Below are positions 39,668-49,181 of a stretch of DNA of 64,000 bases, in pieces. The DNA lies in contig CAVYGN010000001.1 in NCBI GenBank assembly GCA_963768055.1, positions 1,624,145 through 1,688,144 of the forward strand. The letters are read 5' to 3'. Under the pieces are notes generated by a model. The model worked only from the letters and a program-made list of their open reading frames with translations. It ran no database searches and was not told where the DNA came from. The translations under genes were made by a program, and so were the position numbers. Each line of letters starts with the position of its first letter. The stretch's first letter is position 1. Source of the DNA: an uncultured Spirochaetota bacterium. GTDB lineage: Bacteria > Spirochaetota > Brevinematia > Brevinematales > JAOACQ01.

Positions 39668-40888
39668 ATGCGGAATGCATTACTGGTATTGCCTTTGTTA
39701 ATATTGCTTTTTACAGGATCATGCTCTTTAACTCCCGGCAACGGAAACAACAGCGGCGGCGGCGGAACCTCAAGTTCCCAGGGCAGCGGGCTGGCAATGA
39801 CGCCGCAAATGGGGTGGAACAGCTGGAATGTTTTCGGGGGCAATATAAATGAAGTAAATATCAAGCAGATAGCCGATACGATAGCCGCCGACGGATTGAA
39901 AAGGGCAGGTTATACTTATGTCAATCTTGACGATAACTGGATGGCATCGAGCCGGGACGCTAACGGCAATCTGCAGGCCGATCCCACCCGCTTTCCTGAC
40001 GGCATAACGGCTTTAGCCACTTATGTCCATAATGACGGCCTTAAATTCGGTATTTACGGAGATCATGGGTTCACCACATGCATGGGTGTCCCTCAAAGCG
40101 GAGGATACGGCAATTATCAGCGGGATGCAAATACATACGCATCCTGGGGAGTAGATTACCTTAAATATGACAATTGTAACCTGCCGGCCGGCGACAACCT
40201 ATCAAATGATTATACGCAGATGGCGCAAGCCCTTATAAATAGCGGGCGTCCGATTCTCTTCAGCATTTGCGCCTGGGCCTTTTACCCATGGGAGCCTGCT
40301 ATCGGTAATTCATGGAGGACCACAGGAGATATCAATGACAGCTGGAGTTCGGTTTTAAATAATATTTACGGAAATGCGGAGCTTTCTTCCTATGCAAAAC
40401 CGGGACATTGGAATGATCCGGATATGTTAGAAGTTGGGAACGGCGGACTGAGCGATGACGAATCCTGGTCGCATTTCGCAATGTGGTGTATAATGGCCGC
40501 TCCCCTGATTATTGGAAATGATGTAAGAAGCATGACAACTAACACCCTCGGGATCCTCACCAACACACTGGCGATCTCTATTGACCAGGATCCGGCCGGT
40601 ATTCAAGGAACTGTTGTCGATGGAAATTTCCAAATCTGGGTAAAACCGCTCGGAAGTTCAAACGGCAATATGAAGGCTGTCGCATTATTGAATACTGGAA
40701 GTGCTCCCGCCGATATTACAGTCTTATGGAATCAGATCGGTTTAAGCTCATCAGGGGCTTTGGTTGTAGATTGCAGGTCGGGCGCTGTTCTTGGAACTTT
40801 CAGCACAGGTTATACCGGCAATAACATCCCCTCGCATGGTACCCTGCTTCTTATAGTGACCGCCACTTCATCGGGCAGCGGTTTTTAA
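39668..40888 (+). CDS. GH27 alpha-galactosidase, predicted lipoprotein
   Basis: Lipobox-like FTGSC; TPQMGWNSWN, NLDDNW, DYLKYDNC, WRTTGDI, WNDPDML. Confidence 0.92.
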   Translation: MRNALLVLPLLILLFTGSCSLTPGNGNNSGGGGTSSSQGSGLAMTPQMGWNSWNVFGGNINEVNIKQIADTIAADGLKRAGYTYVNLDDNWMASSRDANGNLQADPTRFPDGITALATYVHNDGLKFGIYGDHGFTTCMGVPQSGGYGNYQRDANTYASWGVDYLKYDNCNLPAGDNLSNDYTQMAQALINSGRPILFSICAWAFYPWEPAIGNSWRTTGDINDSWSSVLNNIYGNAELSSYAKPGHWNDPDMLEVGNGGLSDDESWSHFAMWCIMAAPLIIGNDVRSMTTNTLGILTNTLAISIDQDPAGIQGTVVDGNFQIWVKPLGSSNGNMKAVALLNTGSAPADITVLWNQIGLSSSGALVVDCRSGAVLGTFSTGYTGNNIPSHGTLLLIVTATSSGSGF

Positions 40889-41386
40889 CTTTCTGATACA
40901 TTTATCCCATTCCGCAAGGCCCTGCGGCAAGCCTGAAAAATAACGGATGATATTATTTTTATCGGCGAATAACAAACCGGGAGAAAGTGAAATGGCGTTT
41001 CTGTAATCCTTCGTGTTTTCAATAAATACAAGGCCCCTTTCTTTCGGTAAAAAATCCCGGTGTTCCAGCGGAATTTTTCCTGAATAGAGAACGTAAATGA
41101 TAACTTTGTCAGTGAACATGCTCTTCAGCCCATCGATCCGGTTGTATAAAGTCTCGAGACAATGATGACAGGTTAGATTATCAGCCATTAAGATCAATAT
41201 TTTTTCCCGTCTATCGCTCTGAAAATTGAGACCTTTATTTACATTGTTAATTGCCGTTCCGTTTAAATCCGGCAGCAGCCTGCCGATTACCGAAGGCTGC
41301 TTGATCAGGTACCTGATTCCAAAAATTCCGCCCGCAAACGCCATCGCTATCAATACAATCAAGGAGTAAGCCGTTATCTTTTTCAT
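40868..41386 (-). CDS. Membrane-anchored thioredoxin-like (TlpA/redoxin-type) protein
   Basis: N-terminal TM, IGRLLPDL, CHHC (CxxC), PGLLFADKNNII. Confidence 0.55.
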   Translation of the reverse strand: MKKITAYSLIVLIAMAFAGGIFGIRYLIKQPSVIGRLLPDLNGTAINNVNKGLNFQSDRREKILILMADNLTCHHCLETLYNRIDGLKSMFTDKVIIYVLYSGKIPLEHRDFLPKERGLVFIENTKDYRNAISLSPGLLFADKNNIIRYFSGLPQGLAEWDKCIRKLKTAAR

Positions 41387-41545
41387 ATTTATATCAGTTC
41401 CAAAAAACATGTAAACTCAATGATATAATTATAACAATGTTTATTTAATATGTTAAGCTTTTATACCGGCAAGCATTCAAACGTATTAAATTTAAACATA
41501 AATCTGCGTATCTGTATTAAATAAGACGAAAAACACCAGAAAATC

Positions 41546-41574
41546 TTGACGAAAATGAGTTTTCCCATTATATT
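41546..41574 (+). promoter_or_regulatory. Putative groEL promoter TTGACG-17-TATATT
   Basis: Near-consensus boxes and spacing; no CIRCE seen. Confidence 0.55.
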
Positions 41575-41610
41575 TTTACATTAAAATTTATGGGATAAAG
41601 GAGAGGAAAT

Positions 41611-43239
41611 ATGGCTAAAGAGTTATTATTTTCAAGCGATGCCCACCAGAAGGTAATGGCCGGCGTAGAGAAACTGGCCGCAGCTGTGGGCGCCACATTA
41701 GGACCGCGCGGACGGAATGTAGTTATCGATAAAAAGTTCGGCGCTCCGACAATAACGAGGGATGGCGTAACAGTAGCCAAGGAAATCGAACTTGAAGACA
41801 GGTTCGAAAATATGGGGGCCCAGCTTGTAAAGGAAGTGGCGACCAAAACTAACGATATAGCTGGCGACGGAACTACAACGGCGACAGTACTGGCCTACTC
41901 CATAATAAAAGAGGGTTTCAAGAACGTTACGGCCGGCAGCAATCCGACTTTGATTAAAAAAGGAATCGACAAAGCGGTTGCGAAGGTAGTCGACGAGATC
42001 AAAAAGAATTCCAAACCTGTAGCGGGAAGAGAGGAAATTCGCGACGTAGCCGCGATTTCCGCTAATAACGATCTTGCGATCGGGGATCACATTGCGGACG
42101 CAATGGACAAGGTCGGTAAAGACGGGGTTATCACTGTCGAAGAATCGAAAGTAATGGAAACATTCATTGAAATCGTCGAGGGTATGCAGTTCGACAGGGG
42201 ATATCTTTCAGCTTATATGGTTACAAACTCCGAGAATATGACAGCAGAACTGGACGACCCTTTCATTCTTATTTACGATAAAAAAATCTCGTCACTTAAA
42301 GAAATCGTTCCCCTTCTGGAAAAGATCGCACAGAGCGGTAAACCCCTTCTTATCATCGCGGAGGATGTGGAGGGCGAAGCCCTTGCCACTCTCATAGTGA
42401 ATAAGCTCAGGGGGACTTTGAACTGTGTTGCGGTTAAGGCGCCTGCATTCGGCGACAGAAGAAAAGCAATGCTTGAAGATATTGCTATACTCACAAAAGC
42501 GCAGGTTATATCCGAGGAAAAAGGCATGAAACTTGAGAATACGACCTTGAATGACCTCGGGCATGCAAAAAAGATAAAAGTCGACAAGGACAATACAATA
42601 TTGGTTGACGGCGCCGGTTCAAAAGAAGCCATCCAGGCCCGCGTAAAGCAGATCAAGAAGCAGATGGAGGATACGACCTCCGACTATGACAAGGAAAAGC
42701 TCCAGGAAAGGCTTGCAAAGATTTCGGGTGGGGTTGCGGTTATAAAGGTCGGCGCGGCGACCGAGGTCGAACTTAAAGAAAGGAAAGCCAGAGTCGAAGA
42801 CGCCCTTTCCGCGACTAAAGCCGCAATAGAAGAAGGCATTGTTCCCGGAGGCGGCCTGTCTCTATTAAAATGTCAGAAATCCCTCGATGCTATTAAATTC
42901 GAAACTCCCGAAGAGAAGGTGGGAATCGATATCATCAGGAAAGCCCTCGAATCTCCTATGAGATTGATAGCCGATAACGCCGGCATCGACGGATCGGTAA
43001 TTGTCTATAAAGCCAAGGAAATGAAAGAAGGTTTCGGTTATAACGCGCTGACGGACGATTGGGTCGACATGATCAAGGCCGGTATTATAGATCCTGCCAA
43101 GGTCGAAAGGTCCGCCCTTCAGAATGCGGCGAGCATCGCCGGCCTTCTGCTGATCACCGAAGTGCTTATCACCGACAAGCCTGAAAAAGAAAAGATGCCT
43201 CAGATGCCTGCCGGCGGCGGTATGGGCGATATGTATTAA
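41611..43239 (+). CDS. groL: Chaperonin GroEL
   Basis: [28 protein letters not shown] tail. Confidence 0.98.
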   Translation: MAKELLFSSDAHQKVMAGVEKLAAAVGATLGPRGRNVVIDKKFGAPTITRDGVTVAKEIELEDRFENMGAQLVKEVATKTNDIAGDGTTTATVLAYSIIKEGFKNVTAGSNPTLIKKGIDKAVAKVVDEIKKNSKPVAGREEIRDVAAISANNDLAIGDHIADAMDKVGKDGVITVEESKVMETFIEIVEGMQFDRGYLSAYMVTNSENMTAELDDPFILIYDKKISSLKEIVPLLEKIAQSGKPLLIIAEDVEGEALATLIVNKLRGTLNCVAVKAPAFGDRRKAMLEDIAILTKAQVISEEKGMKLENTTLNDLGHAKKIKVDKDNTILVDGAGSKEAIQARVKQIKKQMEDTTSDYDKEKLQERLAKISGGVAVIKVGAATEVELKERKARVEDALSATKAAIEEGIVPGGGLSLLKCQKSLDAIKFETPEEKVGIDIIRKALESPMRLIADNAGIDGSVIVYKAKEMKEGFGYNALTDDWVDMIKAGIIDPAKVERSALQNAASIAGLLLITEVLITDKPEKEKMPQMPAGGGMGDMY

Positions 43240-43260
43240 ACTAAACCTGGAAATAACAGT

Positions 43261-43288
43261 GGCTGCCTGAAAAGGCAGCCCTTTTTTT
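43261..43288 (+). terminator. Rho-independent terminator of groEL
   Basis: GGCTGCCT-GAAA-AGGCAGCC followed by CTTTTTTT. Confidence 0.9.
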
Positions 43289-43301
43289 AAGGAGTTTTAC
43301 A

Positions 43302-44336
43302 ATGAAAGTTCTGATAATAGGCGGGACCGGCTTAATTTCTACCTCGATAGTAAATCAGCTTGTCTTGCGCGGCGACGATGTGACGGTTTACAACAGGGGA
43401 ATAACCGAAAGGAGGATACCCGGATCCGTAAAAGTAATTACGGGCGACAGGTGGAAATACGGCGAATTCGAAAATCAAATGAAAAATTACACATTCGACG
43501 CAGTAATCGACATGGTGGCCTTCGACCCTGAAAACGCCAGGTCTGTCCTGCGGGCTTTCTCAGGAAGGACGGGGCACATTGTCGTCTGCTCCACGGTCTG
43601 TGTATACGGCGGACCAATGACAAAACTGCCCGCCCGGGATGACGAGCCCCATCGATTCGTGTCTGATTACGGAAGGAATAAATCTATGATCGAATCCATC
43701 CTTCTGGAAGCCGATGGAAAAGCGGGCATGAGAGTTACGGCGTTAAGGCCTTCACAGACTACGGGCGAAGGCGCCGTGGCAAACGGAATATTATTCGACG
43801 ACAGCCTCGTCGACCGCATCAGGAAGGGCCTTCAGGTTATCGTTCATGATAACGGCCGCACCAGATGGGCGATCGCCCATGTATCCGATGTGGCAAACGG
43901 ATTCGTTAATTCCCTGCAAAATCCCAGGGCTTTCGGGCATGCTTACCACCTTACAAGTTCGGAACATACTACATGGGACGGAGTTTATAACGAACTCGGC
44001 AAAGCGGCGGGCGCGATGCCGGATATCGTTCACATTCCCACCGACTGGCTTTACTCGGCCGCGCCCCGAAGGAGCGTCGGCGTAAAATATATTTATCAAT
44101 ACGACTCGATCTTTGACAATACAAAGGCTGAAAAAGATCTTAATTTTAAAACTACCGTTCCCCTGATGGAAACTTTCCGGAGGCAGATACACTGGATGGA
44201 GAAAACCGGGAGGGTTTTACCGGCGGAAAGCGACCGCTTCGAGGATATAATGATCGATTCTTATAAATCGGGCGTCATGCCTCCCTCCGAGGGATGGACC
44301 GATTTTAATACCTGGGGGAATAATACTACAAACTGA
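43302..44336 (+). CDS. NAD-dependent epimerase/dehydratase (atypical SDR)
   Basis: IIGGTGLIS, YNRG, STVCVYG, YGRNK. Confidence 0.88.
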   Translation: MKVLIIGGTGLISTSIVNQLVLRGDDVTVYNRGITERRIPGSVKVITGDRWKYGEFENQMKNYTFDAVIDMVAFDPENARSVLRAFSGRTGHIVVCSTVCVYGGPMTKLPARDDEPHRFVSDYGRNKSMIESILLEADGKAGMRVTALRPSQTTGEGAVANGILFDDSLVDRIRKGLQVIVHDNGRTRWAIAHVSDVANGFVNSLQNPRAFGHAYHLTSSEHTTWDGVYNELGKAAGAMPDIVHIPTDWLYSAAPRRSVGVKYIYQYDSIFDNTKAEKDLNFKTTVPLMETFRRQIHWMEKTGRVLPAESDRFEDIMIDSYKSGVMPPSEGWTDFNTWGNNTTN

Positions 44337-44535
44337 GGGGGCCGAATCGATCAATATGCATATTTGTTTATGAAGTAAAATACTCAATCCGCTGGTTCTA
44401 TTGACTAAAAAATTAAAATTGCTTGTCAGAGTTTTCGTGCCGTCGCAAGATTTCTCGTCTCCCTCAATTTGATTTGTACTAATTATCATTATGTATTATA
44501 ATATGACAGGTTTATAATTTAAGAGGGCCAAGCAA

Positions 44536-46209
44536 ATGATGAATTTCAAGAAATACAAGCATTTCCAGCCTCTCGCCATGCCCGACAGGCAGTGGCCGTC
44601 GAAAACAATCGAAAGAGCCCCGGTCTGGTGCAGCGTCGATCTGCGCGACGGCAATCAGTCCCTGCCGATACCGATGAGCGTAGCTGAAAAGATGGAATTC
44701 TTCAAACTTCTGCTCGATATCGGGTTCAAGGAAATCGAAGTCGGTTTTCCTTCCGCTTCAGAAACGGAATACCGCTTCCTGCGGGAACTCGTCGACAACC
44801 GCCTTATACCCGATGATGTTACTATCCAGGTATTGACGCAGTCAAGAAAGCACCTGATCGAAAAAACATTCGAATCACTTGCAGGTATAAATAAAGCTAT
44901 CGTACACCTTTACAATTCGACATCCGAGCTCCAGAGAAGGGTTGTTTTCAACAAGGATAAACCCGCTATCAAGGAAATAGCCCTCGAAGGGGCTAACATA
45001 ATCGAGGAACTGGCCCATGTTTCGGGGATAAAAAATCTTGTACATGAATACTCACCGGAAAGCTTTACAGGGACGGAGCCCGATTACGCGATCGAGGTAT
45101 GCGAAGCTGTAATGGAAGTCTGGCATGCAACCCCCTCGAAAAAGATAATCCTCAATCTGCCCGCCACGGTGGAAATGGCGATGCCTAATATCTACGCGGA
45201 CCAGATCGAATATTTCAATACTCATATAAGGAACAGGAACTCATGCATGATAAGCCTGCACACCCATAACGACAGGGGCACCAGCGTCGCCGCGACTGAA
45301 ATGGGCCTGCTTGCCGGCGCGGAAAGGGTCGAGGGAACGCTTTTCGGCAACGGGGAAAGGACCGGCAACTCGGATATTCTGACCATAGCCCTCAATCTTT
45401 TCTCGCAGGGGATAGATCCCGAACTGGATTTCAGCAATATCAATAACGTTATTAATTCTTATGAAAAATGCACCCGCATGACCGTCCATCCGAGGCACCC
45501 TTATGCAGGCGAGCTTGTTTATACGGCATTTTCAGGTTCTCACCAGGACGCCATCAGGAAGGGCCTCAGCATTTATGAGCTTAATAAGCCGGAATTCTGG
45601 GAAGTTCCCTATCTTCCAATAGACCCTTCGGATGTGGGGCGCGAATACGAGGCGATCATCAGAATAAACAGCCAATCCGGGAAGGGAGGAGTGGCTTTTA
45701 TAATGGAGCATAATTTCGGTTATAAACTCCCGAAGGACATGCATCCCGAATTAGCGGGAGCTGTACAGAAGGAAACCGACCTTACCGGCAAAGAGCTTGC
45801 CCCCGAACGTATTCTCGAAATTTTCAAGAAAGAGTACCTCGAAAACGATAAGCCTTTAAAGCTGCTTAAGTATAAAATAGAAGAAAACCAGTACCTTACA
45901 CAGAAGGAGAACCTTGTTCACCTCCAGGCGGCAGTTCTATTGAATGGAGCCGAGAAAGAGATCGTCGGAGAGGGGAACGGGCCGATCGACGCATTTTTTC
46001 ATGCAATGAAAGGCATAGATGTCCCTGATTACAAATTTGTCTCATATGATGAACACGCGCTGAGCGAGGGATCGGATTCGAAGGCAGTCTCTTATATCTG
46101 CCTTGAGAATAGGGCGGGCGACAGGATGTACGGCGTAGGAATTGCCCAGAATATCACTACCGCTTCGCTTAATGCTATCGTCAGCGCTATAAACAGGCTC
46201 GGGATTTAA
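44536..46209 (+). CDS. leuA: 2-isopropylmalate synthase (type 2 / yeast-like)
   Basis: SVDLRDGNQ, SLHTHNDRG, GERTGN, RINSQSGKGG, GNGPIDA. Confidence 0.96.
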   Translation: MMNFKKYKHFQPLAMPDRQWPSKTIERAPVWCSVDLRDGNQSLPIPMSVAEKMEFFKLLLDIGFKEIEVGFPSASETEYRFLRELVDNRLIPDDVTIQVLTQSRKHLIEKTFESLAGINKAIVHLYNSTSELQRRVVFNKDKPAIKEIALEGANIIEELAHVSGIKNLVHEYSPESFTGTEPDYAIEVCEAVMEVWHATPSKKIILNLPATVEMAMPNIYADQIEYFNTHIRNRNSCMISLHTHNDRGTSVAATEMGLLAGAERVEGTLFGNGERTGNSDILTIALNLFSQGIDPELDFSNINNVINSYEKCTRMTVHPRHPYAGELVYTAFSGSHQDAIRKGLSIYELNKPEFWEVPYLPIDPSDVGREYEAIIRINSQSGKGGVAFIMEHNFGYKLPKDMHPELAGAVQKETDLTGKELAPERILEIFKKEYLENDKPLKLLKYKIEENQYLTQKENLVHLQAAVLLNGAEKEIVGEGNGPIDAFFHAMKGIDVPDYKFVSYDEHALSEGSDSKAVSYICLENRAGDRMYGVGIAQNITTASLNAIVSAINRLGI

Positions 46210-46970
46210 GAAAATAATCCGCGGATGAATTCCCCTACAGCCCCTATTCCCTTTTCATCGGCGATCCTTATTGTCTGTGTTCCAATTATAGCTATATCGA
46301 CTTTACCTTTTAAGAAATCTATATCGTTTCTATCCTTTATACCGAACCCGATCGCGATCGGAAGGGTTGTGGCCTTCCTGCACCTTTCAAGGTATTGATC
46401 TATCTCCGAATTGAAATCAGTCGATCGACCTGTCACACCCTTTCTCGAAACACAGTATATGAATCCCGAGGCAAAGCCTGAAATGTACTTCATCCTTTCA
46501 AGCCCTGAAACCGGCGAATAGATAAAAATCGGGGAAAGCCCCTTCTCTTTCATGGCTTCGAGATAGAGCGACCCTTCCTCAGGCGGCAGATCCGGCACTA
46601 TCGAACCCTTAATACCCCTTTGGGCCATTTCATTGACAAATTTTTCAACCCCGAAGCGGAAAAGAATATTATAATAGCTCATAAAGAGAAAAGAAATTGG
46701 AAAATCCGCCGCGACCTTTTCCGCGAAATCAAGGCATTTTGCCACTGTGATCCCGCCCTCCAGTGCGGCATGGTTTGCCTTCAGTATGACCGGTCCGTCG
46801 GCAATAGGTTCGGAAAAGGGAATCTGTAGTTCAATAAGTTCCGCTCCCGCCTCGACCATCGATTCAACCATTTTATAAGAAGCATCGAGTGTCGGGTAAC
46901 CGATGACTATATGAGTCATCAGAAGTATATTCCTGGAATTTCTTTTATCTTTTATATATTCCTCAAGCAT
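46206..46970 (-). CDS. trpA: Tryptophan synthase alpha chain
   Basis: ELQIPFSEPIADGPVI, PDLPPEE, RKGVTG, GFGI. Confidence 0.95.
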   Translation of the reverse strand: MLEEYIKDKRNSRNILLMTHIVIGYPTLDASYKMVESMVEAGAELIELQIPFSEPIADGPVILKANHAALEGGITVAKCLDFAEKVAADFPISFLFMSYYNILFRFGVEKFVNEMAQRGIKGSIVPDLPPEEGSLYLEAMKEKGLSPIFIYSPVSGLERMKYISGFASGFIYCVSRKGVTGRSTDFNSEIDQYLERCRKATTLPIAIGFGIKDRNDIDFLKGKVDIAIIGTQTIRIADEKGIGAVGEFIRGLFS

Positions 46971-48201
46971 TGCCGCCTCCCCTGTAGTTATCCGCTTTTT
47001 TAATAATAAAATCCTTCCATTTAGGATCATTCAGCGCATCAGCCACTGTAAATATGTCTTTATCCCCCCTGCCGGACTGATTTATGATTATACAGTCTTT
47101 TTTAGAAAACGCCGGGGCTTCCTTGAAAGCCTGGGCGAAGGCATGGGAACTTTCGAGAGCCGGGATTATGCCCTCTTTTTTCACGGTCAGAGACAAAGCA
47201 TCCAGTGTTTCCCTGTCGGTCGCGGCTTCAAACCTTACCCTGCCGCTCTCTTTGAAATCGGAAAGTATGGGGGAAACCCCGACATAATCGAGGCCGGCTG
47301 CCACGCTGTGGGTTTCAAGCATCTGCCCGTCGCTGTCCTCTAAAAAATATGTCTTATAACCCTGGGCGACCCCTATGCTCGAGTCTTTGGAAGCAAGCCG
47401 CGCGGCATGCCTTTTAGTGTCTAGGCCCTCCCCGCCCGCCTCCACTCCGACCAGCTCGACATTATCGTTTAAAAAAGCGGAAAATATCCCGAGGGCGTTC
47501 GAACCGCCGCCGACGCATGCGTATATCCTCGCCGGAAGCCGGTTTTCCCTTTTCAGGACCTGAATCCTGGCCTCTTTGCCTATGATCGACTGGAAATATG
47601 AAACCATCGCAGGAAATGGGTGGGGGCCGCAAGCGGTTCCCAGAACGTAATGAGTAGAATCCATATTCGTAACCCAGTCCCTTAGCGCCTCGTTTATAGC
47701 GTCCTTTAAAGTCCTCGAACCGACCGTGACGGGGACTACCTCGGCTCCGAGCCTCTCCATCCAGAACACATTTGGCCTCTGGCGCATGACATCGATCTCT
47801 CCCATATAAATTGTGCAGTCGAAGCCGAATTTTGCGGCCATCGTAGCAGTCGCGACCCCATGCTGCCCCGCGCCGGTTTCGGCTATTACACGTTTTTTTC
47901 CCATCTTTTTTACGAGAAGGCCCTGTCCCATGACATTGTTTGCCTTATGCGCACCGGTGTGGTTCAGGTCTTCCCTTTTTATATATATCCTCGCGCCGCC
48001 GAAATATTCTGTCAGGTTTCCGGCATAAGTAAGGGGCGTCGGCCTGCAGGAATATTCAGACATAATATCCTCGTATTCCTTCCAGAATGAGCTGTCAGCT
48101 CTGGCTTTTTCAAAAATATCCGTCAGGTCCCTGATTGTCGGGATAAGGATTTCCGGCATGAAGGCCCCGCCGAACTGTCCGTAATAGCCATTTTTATTCA
48201 T
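46963..48201 (-). CDS. trpB: Tryptophan synthase beta chain
   Basis: KREDLNHTGAHK, AETGAGQHG, VGGGSNA, GLDY, ALESSHA, SGRGDKD. Confidence 0.97.
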   Translation of the reverse strand: MNKNGYYGQFGGAFMPEILIPTIRDLTDIFEKARADSSFWKEYEDIMSEYSCRPTPLTYAGNLTEYFGGARIYIKREDLNHTGAHKANNVMGQGLLVKKMGKKRVIAETGAGQHGVATATMAAKFGFDCTIYMGEIDVMRQRPNVFWMERLGAEVVPVTVGSRTLKDAINEALRDWVTNMDSTHYVLGTACGPHPFPAMVSYFQSIIGKEARIQVLKRENRLPARIYACVGGGSNALGIFSAFLNDNVELVGVEAGGEGLDTKRHAARLASKDSSIGVAQGYKTYFLEDSDGQMLETHSVAAGLDYVGVSPILSDFKESGRVRFEAATDRETLDALSLTVKKEGIIPALESSHAFAQAFKEAPAFSKKDCIIINQSGRGDKDIFTVADALNDPKWKDFIIKKADNYRGGGNA

Positions 48202-48922
48202 AGATTTTTCCTCCCAGGTCCTGGTAAAAAACAAACCTGTCGGTCCTGCATAAAAGTTCGGAATAAAAAGCTTTTTTATTCTGTTTAAAATAGAGTTCTC
48301 TTTTTACTGATAGGGCAGGTTCATTGGTTCCAAGGCCGAGAAGCTTTGCCTCCCCTGCCCTGCAGAATTTTATGCCGAAACTCTGCCTGCCGCCCGCCGG
48401 AGTCAAAAAAAATTCATTCTCGATAACTCCTGAAAGGGGTTGTTTTATTAGATCGAACTTCTCGATACCCTTGAAAAGGCCGGCATCCATAAATATATCT
48501 TCCAGGAGGACGGGAAAACCTTCGGCAATGTTCAGTCTCGACATGTGGTAAACCCGGATCCCATGAAGAGGATTCGTTTTATCTCCAGGTATTATCAATT
48601 CAAGCTTCCTTACCGTTGTCCTTCTGACCTTTATTCCCTCTTTCATGAAGGCGGCGCTGGTCCCGGCAAGAGAAAAAAGATTAACAGCCTTCGGCGCTTC
48701 GCTGACAAAAGTCCCCGAACCTTTGCGTTTCATTATAAGGCCTTTCCGGTGCAGAAGGTCAAGGGCTTGCCTGACAGTCGGGCGTCCTATCCCGTAACTG
48801 CTCGACAAAGCAGTTTCAGAAGGTACCCGGCCGCCCTTTTTCAATTCTCCCGAATCGATCATTTCCTGAAGGTCCCTGGCAAGTTGAAAATAAAGGGGAA
48901 GAGGGGAATCGGGATTGATCAT
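48194..48922 (-). CDS. GntR/HutC-family regulator with UTRA domain
   Basis: PLYFQL, PSETAL, RPTVRQAL, KGSGTFV; overlaps the trpB start. Confidence 0.92.
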   Translation of the reverse strand: MINPDSPLPLYFQLARDLQEMIDSGELKKGGRVPSETALSSSYGIGRPTVRQALDLLHRKGLIMKRKGSGTFVSEAPKAVNLFSLAGTSAAFMKEGIKVRRTTVRKLELIIPGDKTNPLHGIRVYHMSRLNIAEGFPVLLEDIFMDAGLFKGIEKFDLIKQPLSGVIENEFFLTPAGGRQSFGIKFCRAGEAKLLGLGTNEPALSVKRELYFKQNKKAFYSELLCRTDRFVFYQDLGGKIYE

Positions 48923-48950
48923 CGTTTTCCTCCGTAACAGTTTCAATAAG

Positions 48951-48979
48951 ATTATAAAATATATTTGTAAAGTTGTCAA
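48951..48979 (-). promoter_or_regulatory. Perfect sigma70 promoter TTGACA-17-TATAAT for gntR-trpBA
   Basis: Minus strand reads TTGACA ACTTTACAAATATATTT TATAAT. Confidence 0.85.
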
Positions 48980-49053
48980 TACAGCTTTTAAGAATATTAC
49001 TAAATATTTTTATACTAATATTAGAATTTAATTATAAAATACATTAAAATTTC

Positions 49054-49138
49054 TTAAGGGCGGTTATAATACCTCAAGAATATTATCATTTAATATAACA
49101 TTTTTCTGCTTAACTCCATATGTACTTGCGCCCCTTAA
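49054..49138. repeat. Degenerate short member of the TTAA-flanked MITE family
   Basis: TTAAGGGCGGTTATAA...GCGCCCCTTAA ends, AT-rich interior. Confidence 0.5.
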
Positions 49139-49181
49139 AGAAGCGTTTTAAAGAATCGTTAAAAACTAAAAAGGATCTTTT

